Shown here piece after piece: positions 10,179 through 18,783 of a DNA stretch of 61,976 nt (within the stretch, counting starts at the first letter, position 1; the number at the start of each line of letters is the position of its first letter). A program made the position numbers and the translations under genes. The stretch is from a virus (taxonomy: Duplodnaviria > Caudoviricetes): positions 1 to 61,976 of the IMG/VR virus record IMGVR_UViG_3300030102_001784, one strand, 5' to 3'. The notes below the pieces were generated by a model that ran no database searches, was not told the DNA's origin, and saw nothing but the letters and a program-made list of their open reading frames with translations.

Positions 10179-10469
10179 TTATTTAGTGCAATGTGACTTA
10201 ATAGGTGAACCACCCATTTTAGTTACATGTTTCGACATCCAAGACATATCTCTTCCACCTGTAGCATCTTTTACTACTGGCATGTCTTGCATTAAATCTT
10301 TTCTTTCTTGCTTTATTGATTCTCCTTTTCTTGTACCATAGTGGTGGTTTTCAAGTGCCGAATCATTATGATCCATTTTGTATGGACTCATTTGAGTAGC
10401 TGCTTTGTAATTCATATGAACCCCTGGTTTCATAGTCATACCATCTTTTTTTTCTTTCATTTCTTTCAT
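10179..10469 (-). CDS. Small basic SP-motif protein
   Basis: Contains MSPYKM and GSPIK; M/K/H-rich. Confidence 0.65.
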   Translation of the reverse strand: MKEMKEKKDGMTMKPGVHMNYKAATQMSPYKMDHNDSALENHHYGTRKGESIKQERKDLMQDMPVVKDATGGRDMSWMSKHVTKMGGSPIKSHCTK

Positions 10470-10480
10470 TTTTTATTTAT

Positions 10481-10786
10481 TTATTTATGATCTATATTGT
10501 TTTTTCTTGTAAATTCATCATGTAAATGAGCAGCAGATCCATGATGTTTTTTATCATATTTCATATCACCTGCTAGTTTAGAAATATGTTTTTCGTCAGC
10601 TGTCATTTTTTCATCATTATGACCATGATAAGCATCGTACAGCACGTCTCTTTTTAAATAGTCTATATGAGCAGCGTCATCTCTTTCAGTTGCTTTATAG
10701 TTTCCTTTAGTAACTCTTGTGTGGGCATGATCTTTAGACCATTTTGCGTTACCAGTATATTCACCCCAGTGTCCTTTGTGTTTCAT
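10481..10786 (-). CDS. Small His/Lys/Asp-rich protein
   Basis: 101-aa ORF coupled to its neighbours. Confidence 0.7.
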   Translation of the reverse strand: MKHKGHWGEYTGNAKWSKDHAHTRVTKGNYKATERDDAAHIDYLKRDVLYDAYHGHNDEKMTADEKHISKLAGDMKYDKKHHGSAAHLHDEFTRKNNIDHK

Positions 10787-11481
10787 GATTTTGAAGTATA
10801 TTTTTGAAATGCATTTTCTTTTTTTCCTTTATTACCAACGGCATATAAACCATCATCTAGTGTTTGTCCAAATTTGTAGTCAACACCTGCATCAGCAACA
10901 TCTCCAATTCTATTTCCTACTTTGTTAAAACTATCTTTTTCTTTTTCTGCTTGACCTTCCATAAATTCTTTAGTAGCTCCTTCTACTTTGTCAAACATGT
11001 TTTGATACAAGTCAGCTGTAGAAGCATAATCACTAGCGCTCATACCTCCGCCAACATATCCACCCATTTCTATAGGATTATTGTTTTTTTTTAATGGAGC
11101 CATTTCAGCAGCAGCGCCCCTAGCAGCATCTTCGTCTTCTCTTATTTGAGAATTATCTTCTTGTGTTCTAGGTGAATCGTGAGCAGCTTTAGCTTCTTTT
11201 ATTTCTTTTTTAATACTAGCAATAAGTTCATAGTCTTTATCTCCTTGCTCAGCGCCTATTATACCTTTTTGTGCTTTCTCTAATTTTTTCTCTAATTTTT
11301 TATGCTTATGGTATGGGCTCATTGTAGCTGCTGAATCAGATACGTTAAAAGTTTTATTTCCTACTTTAAAACTATTTTTACCTTTTTCTTTAGCATCGTT
11401 TAAAGCTGCATAAAAAGCGTTTTGTTGTAATACTGATATTGGATTTTTATCAGACATCTTTTTTCCAAATGGTGAATTCAT
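10783..11481 (-). CDS. Low-complexity SP-motif protein
   Basis: MNSPFGKK start; internal MSPYHK and MAPLKK. Confidence 0.7.
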   Translation of the reverse strand: MNSPFGKKMSDKNPISVLQQNAFYAALNDAKEKGKNSFKVGNKTFNVSDSAATMSPYHKHKKLEKKLEKAQKGIIGAEQGDKDYELIASIKKEIKEAKAAHDSPRTQEDNSQIREDEDAARGAAAEMAPLKKNNNPIEMGGYVGGGMSASDYASTADLYQNMFDKVEGATKEFMEGQAEKEKDSFNKVGNRIGDVADAGVDYKFGQTLDDGLYAVGNKGKKENAFQKYTSKS

Positions 11482-11672
11482 GATTTATTTTTATTCTTGT
11501 TTTTAATTATACCAAGATCAACCCCACCTGATGATACTATTTTATCATAGTTTACAGAAGAAACAGCGTGTAGCCTTTTCTTTTCTTCTTCAGTTAAAGG
11601 TTTTTCTTTTTTTTCTACTTTTTTAGGAGTTGGATTTTTGGCCATAAAATTTATAGCAAATGGAGAGCTCAT
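11478..11672 (-). CDS. Small basic SP-motif protein
   Basis: Starts MSSPFAINFMAKNP. Confidence 0.7.
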   Translation of the reverse strand: MSSPFAINFMAKNPTPKKVEKKEKPLTEEEKKRLHAVSSVNYDKIVSSGGVDLGIIKNKNKNKS

Positions 11673-11674
11673 AA

Positions 11675-11929
11675 TTAATCTTTTATTGGTCTTTCAGCAT
11701 CATCTGTTTTTTTGAGTTTGATTTTACCATCAACACACTCAAATTCATTTTTCTCTCTGTTATACTCTTTTAAATTAGCTTCAGCGCTAATAGGCTTTTC
11801 ATACTTCTCCATTTTACCATCAGCGTTTCTTCTCATTGATGTTTTGGATTTTCTTTTAGTGTAACCTTCTTTGAACTTTGCCCAAGCCGCTGTACACTTG
11901 TCTTGTTTAAATGGTGATTTAGATCTCAT
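11675..11929 (-). CDS. Small basic SP-motif protein
   Basis: Starts MRSKSPFKQ. Confidence 0.7.
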   Translation of the reverse strand: MRSKSPFKQDKCTAAWAKFKEGYTKRKSKTSMRRNADGKMEKYEKPISAEANLKEYNREKNEFECVDGKIKLKKTDDAERPIKD

Positions 11930-11930
11930 A

Positions 11931-12131
11931 TTAACTATTCGCGTGATATGCTGCTAGAGCTTTTTTAGCCTCTGATTCAGACTTAAAACCGCTTCTCCAC
12001 ACACCGCCTTTTTTATTGTTTAAAATAATATACTCGCCTCCTCTTTTTTTAATGCATCCACTACCGCCTTCAGACTCAGCACATCCTTTGCCGGCTTTTA
12101 AAAATGGACTACTAAACTGTGTATAACCCAT
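11931..12131 (-). CDS. Small basic SP-motif protein
   Basis: Starts MGYTQFSSPFLK. Confidence 0.7.
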   Translation of the reverse strand: MGYTQFSSPFLKAGKGCAESEGGSGCIKKRGGEYIILNNKKGGVWRSGFKSESEAKKALAAYHANS

Positions 12132-12340
12132 TATTTATATGCTTTAGCTCTTAGCGTAATTGGAACACCTGGTTCACAAACGCATGGATATTTAGATACT
12201 TGTAGACCTGTTATACCTGAACTAGATCCTACACCCATAGGAAAACCAACTTTACTTAATGGTCCGTCCCAAATAGCGTTTTCACCGATCTGCCCATCTA
12301 ACTTAGGGTTATTTTTAATTTTTTCAATATCGTGATTCAT
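12131..12340 (-). CDS. Hypothetical protein
   Basis: 69-aa ORF in a tightly packed operon. Confidence 0.7.
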   Translation of the reverse strand: MNHDIEKIKNNPKLDGQIGENAIWDGPLSKVGFPMGVGSSSGITGLQVSKYPCVCEPGVPITLRAKAYK

Positions 12341-12349
12341 AACTTTAAT

Positions 12350-12883
12350 TTATTTTTTAATATACTTATTACTCATAGATCTTTGCCTTGCTAAAGGTCC
12401 TCCAAACATAGCGTTAGCTCCAAGTCCAGCTATACCAAAATTTCTAGTAGCTGGATCCTGTAAATTAGCCATTTCATTTGAAGCTGGCATAAGAGCAGCG
12501 CCCATTGTTGGTTCTAAATCCGCTGGATTAAATTGAGTCAAAGGATCGTAAGCGCTTGGTTGTTGAACAACTGGTTGAGCGTCAACTGTATTTGGTACAG
12601 AATTTTGCACAGCATTAACTTGCTCCATAGCTTGTTGCTCTCTCATTGCTTGTGCAGCAGCGTTAGCTTGGTTTTTAAACATACCCGCGTATCCAAGTGC
12701 ATTTTGCGCTTTAATACCTCTTCTTCTCATTGCTTTACGAGCTCTTCTGTTTTTTCTTGAGAGTTTAGCTTCTCTTCCAAACATATCTTTAAATGCGCCC
12801 ATTCTACTAGCATTAGCAAACCCAGGCACTACTGAAGATGGATTTGCACCCATTACGCTATTTAATGATCCTAATATACTCAT
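12350..12883 (-). CDS. Hypothetical low-complexity protein
   Basis: 177 aa, Ala/Gln/Arg-rich; overlaps the upstream stop codon. Confidence 0.7.
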   Translation of the reverse strand: MSILGSLNSVMGANPSSVVPGFANASRMGAFKDMFGREAKLSRKNRRARKAMRRRGIKAQNALGYAGMFKNQANAAAQAMREQQAMEQVNAVQNSVPNTVDAQPVVQQPSAYDPLTQFNPADLEPTMGAALMPASNEMANLQDPATRNFGIAGLGANAMFGGPLARQRSMSNKYIKK

Positions 12884-13326
12884 CTGTTTTTATCTTTATT
12901 TACATTGTAAATAGCTTTAGTTAAAACTTTATCTGTATAACTTCTACCTGCTATTAACTTGTTTCTTCTTGTGCTTATTGGTAAGTCTTCTTCACCAAGC
13001 ATTATACGATATATTCTAGTTATTAGTTGCTTACCTTTAAAAGACACTTTGTATAAATTGTGTTTTTGAGTAGATCTATTTCTTTTTCTCCAAATAACAA
13101 CCCAATCATTATCTATTAATTTAGCCCAGCGTCTAGTATCCCAACTATAAGAATATGTACCTTGTTTAAAATCTTTTATACTAAAAAAACCTATAGAATC
13201 TAAATAAATCAATAATTCTAAATCAGCATCATTTAGGTTGTTATTTTTACAAGCCCATTTTCTAATTATTCTATAATGCTTTAATAGGTTTAAATCTTTA
13301 ATGTCACTAGCGCTTAAACCTCTCAT
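12880..13326 (-). CDS. Winged-helix (MarR-like) DNA-binding protein
   Basis: NLNDADLELLIYL...KLIDNDWV...LYKVSFKGKQLI matches a wHTH layout. Confidence 0.6.
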   Translation of the reverse strand: MRGLSASDIKDLNLLKHYRIIRKWACKNNNLNDADLELLIYLDSIGFFSIKDFKQGTYSYSWDTRRWAKLIDNDWVVIWRKRNRSTQKHNLYKVSFKGKQLITRIYRIMLGEEDLPISTRRNKLIAGRSYTDKVLTKAIYNVNKDKNR

Positions 13327-13586
13327 GTCACTATAACTACATCCTGCGCTTTTATAACTCTATAAGATTTTTTATCTATTTCAATTTTGTGCCCAGCGTG
13401 TCTATCGTAAAATATAATATCATCGTTAGATACACCTTCAACTTGAGAACCAACAGAAACTACAGATGCTTTTACATATCTAATATCTTCTCTTTGGTTT
13501 TCTGAAAGAAGCAAACCACCTTTAGTTTTAGTAGTACCTTCTTTTTCTTTTTTTATTACTAAATTCCTACCTATTGCCTTCATCAA
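13323..13586 (-). CDS. groES: Co-chaperonin GroES
   Basis: TKTKGGLLL mobile loop, VVSVGS, C-terminal YRVIKAQDVV; adjacent to groEL. Confidence 0.9.
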   Translation of the reverse strand: MMKAIGRNLVIKKEKEGTTKTKGGLLLSENQREDIRYVKASVVSVGSQVEGVSNDDIIFYDRHAGHKIEIDKKSYRVIKAQDVVIVT

Positions 13587-15123
13587 TTCTTAAATTATTA
13601 ATTACACAATCAGTAGATAGTATCGTTGTTGCTACAGAAGCTGCGTTTTTAAGAGCGCTTTTAGTAACCAATAACGGATCAACTATACCATTATCGATCA
13701 TATTTACCATATTTCCTGTAACTACATTAATACCAATACCTTCTTCGCTTGGTGTTTTACTTTTATCGTAACCAGCGTTTGCTAGTATTGTGTTATAAGG
13801 AGATAATATAGCTTTACCTAAAACTTCTTCACCGACATTATTTTCTTTTACATTTAATGCAGCATTCAATAAAGCAATACCACCACCTGAAACTATACCT
13901 TCTTTAACCGCAGCTTTAGTAGCACAAATAGCGTCTTCGACTCTATCCATTTTTTCTTTTAATTCAATTTCAGAGTTAGCGCCTACTTTTACTATTGCTA
14001 TTTTAGCAGCTAACATCGCTAATCTTTTTTCAAGTCTTATAACTTGATTTGGATTTTTTTCTTTCAGTACTTTTTCTTTTATATCTTCAATTATAGCTTC
14101 TATCTCTTCAGATGCTTCATCTACTTGAAGTATTGTACTTTCATGAGTAGTAACACTTTTTAAACAAGTACCTAAATGATCAGCATTAATTACATCCATA
14201 TCATCACCAAGGTCTTCGTTTATTATAGTAGCACCAGTAAGCATTGATAAATCTTGAAGCATTTGCTGCTTGTTGATACCATATGTTGGAGCGTCTATAA
14301 CGTTTACTTTTATGTTACCTTTCATTTTATTCATTGCTAGAGCCGATAAAACACCTTGTTCTAAATCGCCTATAATAAGCAAAGGTTTGTTGTTTTTTAT
14401 TACGTACTCCAGCACTGACTGAATTTGTCTAATTGTATCTATAGGAGATTCAATTAATAATACTAGTGGATTTTCTAGTTCAGCAGCTTTGATTTGTTTA
14501 TTAGTTATAAAATGTGAGTTTTTTAATCCTTTGTCATATTGAACACCATCTATAACTTCAAAGCATGTATTACCATCAGCAGCTGTTTCCATCATTACAA
14601 CACCTGTGTTATCTACAGATTTAAAAGCATCAGCAATTATTTTACCAAGATCTTTATCATTATTCGTAGATATTGCAGCTACTTGTTCTAGCATATCATT
14701 TTTAACAGGAACAGACACAGATTCTAAATATTTTATTACTTTTTCAACAGCACTATTTATACCTTCTTTTAACTCCCTTGAATTAGTTTTATCAACTACC
14801 TTGTAAGCTTCTTCAAGTATAGCATGTGCAAGCACTGTAGCTGTAGTAGTTCCGTCACCAGCTTCTCTAACTGTTTTACGCGCTGCCTCTTTTAATAAGG
14901 TTGCGCCCATGTTTTGTACAGGATCTCTAAGTATTATAGAGTCTGCTACTGTTACACCATCTTTAGTTATAATTGGTCTTCCAGCATTATCTTCTAACAT
15001 TACACACTTACCGCTAGCTCCAAGTGTGGAGCTAACAGCATTTGTGAGTTTTGTTATACCTTTAAATACTTCTTCCCTAGCTTTGTCACCAAAGTTAAGG
15101 TTTTTGACTATTAAGTCTGACAT
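13567..15123 (-). CDS. groEL: Chaperonin GroEL
   Basis: ITKDGVTVA, AGDGTTTATVLA, EGIVSGGG and GIVDP motifs. Confidence 0.97.
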   Translation of the reverse strand: MSDLIVKNLNFGDKAREEVFKGITKLTNAVSSTLGASGKCVMLEDNAGRPIITKDGVTVADSIILRDPVQNMGATLLKEAARKTVREAGDGTTTATVLAHAILEEAYKVVDKTNSRELKEGINSAVEKVIKYLESVSVPVKNDMLEQVAAISTNNDKDLGKIIADAFKSVDNTGVVMMETAADGNTCFEVIDGVQYDKGLKNSHFITNKQIKAAELENPLVLLIESPIDTIRQIQSVLEYVIKNNKPLLIIGDLEQGVLSALAMNKMKGNIKVNVIDAPTYGINKQQMLQDLSMLTGATIINEDLGDDMDVINADHLGTCLKSVTTHESTILQVDEASEEIEAIIEDIKEKVLKEKNPNQVIRLEKRLAMLAAKIAIVKVGANSEIELKEKMDRVEDAICATKAAVKEGIVSGGGIALLNAALNVKENNVGEEVLGKAILSPYNTILANAGYDKSKTPSEEGIGINVVTGNMVNMIDNGIVDPLLVTKSALKNAASVATTILSTDCVINNLRIDEGNR

Positions 15124-15155
15124 AATTTAATTTAATTTAATTTAATTTACTTTTA

Positions 15156-15473
15156 TTATTTAAAAGTCTTAACGACTTGTGGTCCACGAATATGAGCTAG
15201 TTTCTTCTCATAATGGTTAATTGAAGCATCTATTGCTGATTCAGCGCCTTCAATTGTTTCGCGTCTCGTTACATCTATCCACTTTTCGCAACAAGTATCC
15301 TTTTCAGGATTACACTCGCAGTCTGGATCTTTGTATTCGGTTTGATAAAATCCATTTGGTAATTGTACTATTCTCCAGTTTTTCTTTTGAACAATGTGAT
15401 TCCAAAGTTTAACGGCTTCATCGGTTATTTGCGGTTGACTACTCCACGAACTAGTCTGGTAATAAAACGTCAT
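15156..15473 (-). CDS. Hypothetical protein
   Basis: 105 aa; first gene after the class II promoter at 15532-15559. Confidence 0.75.
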   Translation of the reverse strand: MTFYYQTSSWSSQPQITDEAVKLWNHIVQKKNWRIVQLPNGFYQTEYKDPDCECNPEKDTCCEKWIDVTRRETIEGAESAIDASINHYEKKLAHIRGPQVVKTFK

Positions 15474-15531
15474 AATATTTGGTTTTAAGTTTATATTTGG
15501 TTATCGCTCTTCCCGAGCAGGGTATGTTTTT

Positions 15532-15559
15532 ATTATCACTTGGTTTTTTTATTTTTTAC
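15532..15559 (-). promoter_or_regulatory. Class II phage promoter candidate
   Basis: GTAAA-N15-GTGATAAT, intergenic. Confidence 0.7.
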
Positions 15560-15560
15560 T

Positions 15561-16922
15561 TTAAAAGCTTAAGTCTATCTCTCTGTATAGTAGTGAGAAA
15601 TTAAGATCTGAATTACCTTGAGAAACTGAGATTCCACTAGTAGATGTTAAATTAATAGGAACATTAACTGGCACTTGACCGCTTGGGCTAATTGGATCAC
15701 CAATAAAATATGTGTCACTTGCAGAGTTAAGATTAGCAGTATTAAGCGCAGTGTCACCAAAAAGAGATACAGTACCAAGTTGTACAGTTACAACATCACT
15801 AATACCTCCTGCTGAAAAATCGTAAACTATACTGTTAAATTTTAAGTTTATAAGTCCATTTACAATATAATACATTTTTTGTGCACCAGGCGCAGCAAGT
15901 AATTGTATTGTATTTCCACCATTTAAACTAAGCAATTGCGCTGGTGTAACAGTAATATCTAATTGTTTTACATCTGTACCTCCACCACTATTTACCCATG
16001 CAACACCAGTTCCGGTAGAACTTAATACTTGTCCCGCTGTTCCTGTTCCACCTCCTGCTGTTATAGTGCTTTGAAAAGTAGCGTCTCCAGCAATAACTAT
16101 GTTAGCAGAAGTTTCTATAGAGCCTGTAACATTTAAATCATCATTAACATCTGCTTGTCCATCTACTATTATACCTTGCCCAAGTGCTCCTTGAGTTATA
16201 ATAGAATCACCTAAAGTAGTTCCATCTGGAGTAAACAAAGGTACTGTATTTAATGTACCAGATCCTGACAGCGGGCCACCAGTTGTCTCTATTATCTTTC
16301 CATTTGCATCAACTTGTAGATTAAACGTTGGTGTTCCAGTTATCGCACCTGATCCGTAATCATCTAAAGTAACTTCGCCACCAACAAAAAAGTTTCCATT
16401 ACCAGTTCTGTTTATATTTACATTACCACTAGCTTCTAATTCTATTTCTGGTCCACCAGTAGCTCCTCTAGACATAACAAATCTAGATCCAGCTCCTGCG
16501 CCTGCAAAATATAAGTTAACATTTGCCGATGCTCCTCCTGCTGGATGTGTAAAGGTTATTCCTCTGCTTTGCACTGTTGCTTCTAGCAAATCAATACCTC
16601 CGTTGATCATATTTAATTTTGCGCTTTCTATATCTGTGTTGCTTCCATCAACTCTAAAATCTACACCAACAATCACTTCAACGCCATCATCGATAATATT
16701 TGAATTACCTAAAGTAGTAGGTCCAGTAAAAACTGGTATACTTTCTGCGCTACCTAATCCTGTTATAGCACTTTGTGATGTTATTACATATGTAGATATA
16801 GCGTCTAAGTCTACGCTTTTAGTTCTATTCTTATTTTTAGAAGTAGCACTAGGATCTGTTATAATGAATACATCTGATCCTTGTGGGTTATTTTTTTTAG
16901 GATAACTATATATAATTGCCAT
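15561..16922 (-). CDS. Tail/head fibre-like protein
   Basis: 453 aa, G/T-rich; repeated GSGT..TVP.FT...TTLG.S.I units and GTAGQVLSSTGTGVAW fibre motif. Confidence 0.7.
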   Translation of the reverse strand: MAIIYSYPKKNNPQGSDVFIITDPSATSKNKNRTKSVDLDAISTYVITSQSAITGLGSAESIPVFTGPTTLGNSNIIDDGVEVIVGVDFRVDGSNTDIESAKLNMINGGIDLLEATVQSRGITFTHPAGGASANVNLYFAGAGAGSRFVMSRGATGGPEIELEASGNVNINRTGNGNFFVGGEVTLDDYGSGAITGTPTFNLQVDANGKIIETTGGPLSGSGTLNTVPLFTPDGTTLGDSIITQGALGQGIIVDGQADVNDDLNVTGSIETSANIVIAGDATFQSTITAGGGTGTAGQVLSSTGTGVAWVNSGGGTDVKQLDITVTPAQLLSLNGGNTIQLLAAPGAQKMYYIVNGLINLKFNSIVYDFSAGGISDVVTVQLGTVSLFGDTALNTANLNSASDTYFIGDPISPSGQVPVNVPINLTSTSGISVSQGNSDLNFSLLYREIDLSF

Positions 16923-16923
16923 A

Positions 16924-17472
16924 TTACAATTCTAATATTTTGTATGTTAAATATATGACACATGAGCCAATTGGTGTGCCAAATAACGTTGGGTCAAGTC
17001 CGTCCGCTGTACCAAATGATAAACCAGCCCCAAATCTTATGTTCCCTTTACTTATAGCAGCTGATTCTACACCCGCATTTAAGCCACCACCTATTTGATC
17101 CATTACTAATGTTGGTATTTCAGCACTCTGATTACCTGATCCATCTGGATCCCAACTAATAACTCCATTTCCTGTAAACACATAGTTAGATCCAATGCCT
17201 CCAGAACCTTGTGGTGTCAATGCTGCACTGATTATTTGCACTGCTTTATTTGATTCACCAGGTACTAACACTACGGGATTTGTACCTAAATTTCTAATTT
17301 GACTATCGTTAAGCTCAAATCTTTCTGTTATTATTGTAGGAGCTGTGCTTATAGCATTTATACTATCTATAGTTGCTGTTTTGGTAGGATTACCTTCAAT
17401 TGAAGTATCAGATATTAATACTAAGTCGCTACCTTTTGGTGTTATACTTGGGTATGCATTGATTATTGCCAT
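16924..17472 (-). CDS. Fibre-associated protein, short paralogue of 15561..16922
   Basis: Shared N-terminus (MAII.(S/A)YP...GSD...I(S/T)D) and a similar C-terminal domain. Confidence 0.7.
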   Translation of the reverse strand: MAIINAYPSITPKGSDLVLISDTSIEGNPTKTATIDSINAISTAPTIITERFELNDSQIRNLGTNPVVLVPGESNKAVQIISAALTPQGSGGIGSNYVFTGNGVISWDPDGSGNQSAEIPTLVMDQIGGGLNAGVESAAISKGNIRFGAGLSFGTADGLDPTLFGTPIGSCVIYLTYKILEL

Positions 17473-17499
17473 AATTTTTAATAATTTTCTATATTATAT

Positions 17500-17527
17500 A
17501 TACTTACACATAAAGGTGAAAACTTAC
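17500..17527 (-). promoter_or_regulatory. Class II phage promoter candidate heading the late arm
   Basis: GTAAG-N15-GTAAGTAT upstream of the first leftward gene. Confidence 0.7.
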
Positions 17528-17532
17528 AAGCG

Positions 17533-17575
17533 TGACAATAGGGAGTTACTTATATACCTTATAAGGCTTATGTCA
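17533..17575. promoter_or_regulatory. TGACA-N33-TGTCA inverted-repeat site (copy 1)
   Basis: GTGACAATAGGG...AGGCTTATGTCAT; a second copy with the same spacing is at 24589-24631. Confidence 0.7.
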
Positions 17576-17692
17576 TACTTTTAAAAAAACGTTACAAATA
17601 GAGAGTAATTGTGTCCCCCCTACCCGCCACTTTATCTGTAATTCTTAGAAATTTAGCTTTTTTTGGCCACCTCGGGCCTTTTTTTACTATTT

Positions 17693-17727
17693 TTACAGAC
17701 AGATTTTAGCTTTTTATAGATAATATA
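17693..17727 (+). promoter_or_regulatory. Class I (early) phage promoter candidate
   Basis: TTACAGAC-N17-AGATAATATA. Confidence 0.8.
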
Positions 17728-17753
17728 TATGTAAAACAACTTAAAATAATACT

Positions 17754-17861
17754 ATGTTTAAAAAAGATAATTTAATTCAAACACTCGGTTTAATATTTAC
17801 ATTAACCTTTATAATACCATGTCTAACTATGATTCTTGTTCACGTTATTACTACATTATAA
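17754..17861 (+). CDS. 35-aa single-pass membrane peptide (not in the ORF track)
   Basis: MFKKDNLIQTLGLIFTLTFIIPCLTMILVHVITTL; the leader AATAATACTATG matches other early genes. Confidence 0.6.
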   Translation: MFKKDNLIQTLGLIFTLTFIIPCLTMILVHVITTL

Positions 17862-17866
17862 CAACA

Positions 17867-17950
17867 TGACAAGTTGACATGACAGTAAGTCACTGATAAC
17901 TATGACAATATGTCTCAATGACAATATGACATACATATGACATTATGACA
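17867..17950 (+). repeat. Cluster of eight TGACA direct repeats (iteron-like)
   Basis: TGACA starts at 17867, 17875, 17880, 17903, 17919, 17927, 17938 and 17946. Confidence 0.85.
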
Positions 17951-18002
17951 TTTCGCCCAGTACTTTACTAACATTACTAACATATAAATAAATATACAAC
18001 TT

Positions 18003-18037
18003 TTACAAACAAAACTAAACACATTACAGATAATATA
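18003..18037 (+). promoter_or_regulatory. Class I phage promoter candidate
   Basis: TTACAAAC-N17-AGATAATATA. Confidence 0.8.
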
Positions 18038-18074
18038 AATGTAACTAAATAATTAATAACTAAATAAATATACT

Positions 18075-18305
18075 ATGCAAAATTTAATTTCTAAAAGATT
18101 CGTAATAAGAAAATCACTAATCGGTAAAAATCAAAACATTACTGTCAACTTCAAAAACGGTAAAACTTGTACTTACAATCATGATAAAGTATTTGAAATT
18201 ATGAAAGATAAACTAGAAACTATGCCATGTTTCATCAAGTATAAATCTTATACTTCATCAAATAACGTACCAGTTTCAGTAAGAAGTGTTGTCGAAGTAA
18301 AGTAA
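18075..18305 (+). CDS. Early hypothetical protein
   Basis: 76 aa, downstream of a class I promoter. Confidence 0.8.
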   Translation: MQNLISKRFVIRKSLIGKNQNITVNFKNGKTCTYNHDKVFEIMKDKLETMPCFIKYKSYTSSNNVPVSVRSVVEVK

Positions 18306-18322
18306 ACAACACTTTTAAATAC

Positions 18323-18399
18323 GGGTAACTACATGGACAGTAGCGTATGTGCACAGGAGTTTTTTGTGTCGCGTGTGGGTTCGACTCCCACCTTATCCA
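18323..18399 (+). ncRNA. tRNA-like RNA lacking a canonical anticodon arm
   Basis: Acceptor GGGTAA/TTATCC-A with G3-U; T-arm GTGGG-TTCGACT-CCCAC; CTAC/GTAG D-like arm; central irregular hairpin. Confidence 0.65.
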
Positions 18400-18518
18400 C
18401 TAATACATGACTATGAATAAATATTACAGCAAATTACAGCAGAGATTTGTCACGAGTGAAATATACTTTGATGAATTACTATTCGGTACACTCAATGATG
18501 AAAATTACGAGCGACCAA

Positions 18519-18553
18519 TTACAAATAAAACAAAATCACTATCAGATAATATA
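18519..18553 (+). promoter_or_regulatory. Class I phage promoter candidate
   Basis: TTACAAAT-N17-AGATAATATA. Confidence 0.8.
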
Positions 18554-18564
18554 ATAAAATAACT

Positions 18565-18783
18565 ATGCAATTCAAAGATACTAAATTCAAAGAGTTGGAC
18601 GCTAAAGGTCTAATCACTAAAAAACTTCAACAAATTGACGAGTTTGAAGCAAACTACAATCCCAATACTTCAAGTCGAGCTATGAAGAAATGGTGTACTG
18701 ACTATGAATATCGTAAGCGCGAGTGGGAATGGCGTCAAGCTGTAGGTAATTATGCACTAACTAACGCTCATAAATGTTTATAA
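18565..18783 (+). CDS. Early hypothetical protein
   Basis: 72 aa, directly after a class I promoter. Confidence 0.8.
   Translation: MQFKDTKFKELDAKGLITKKLQQIDEFEANYNPNTSSRAMKKWCTDYEYRKREWEWRQAVGNYALTNAHKCL

Noticed and set aside
17867-17950. CRISPR or mini-CRISPR array
   Set aside because: Repeats are only 5-6 bp with 0-18 bp irregular spacing, and no cas genes are present.
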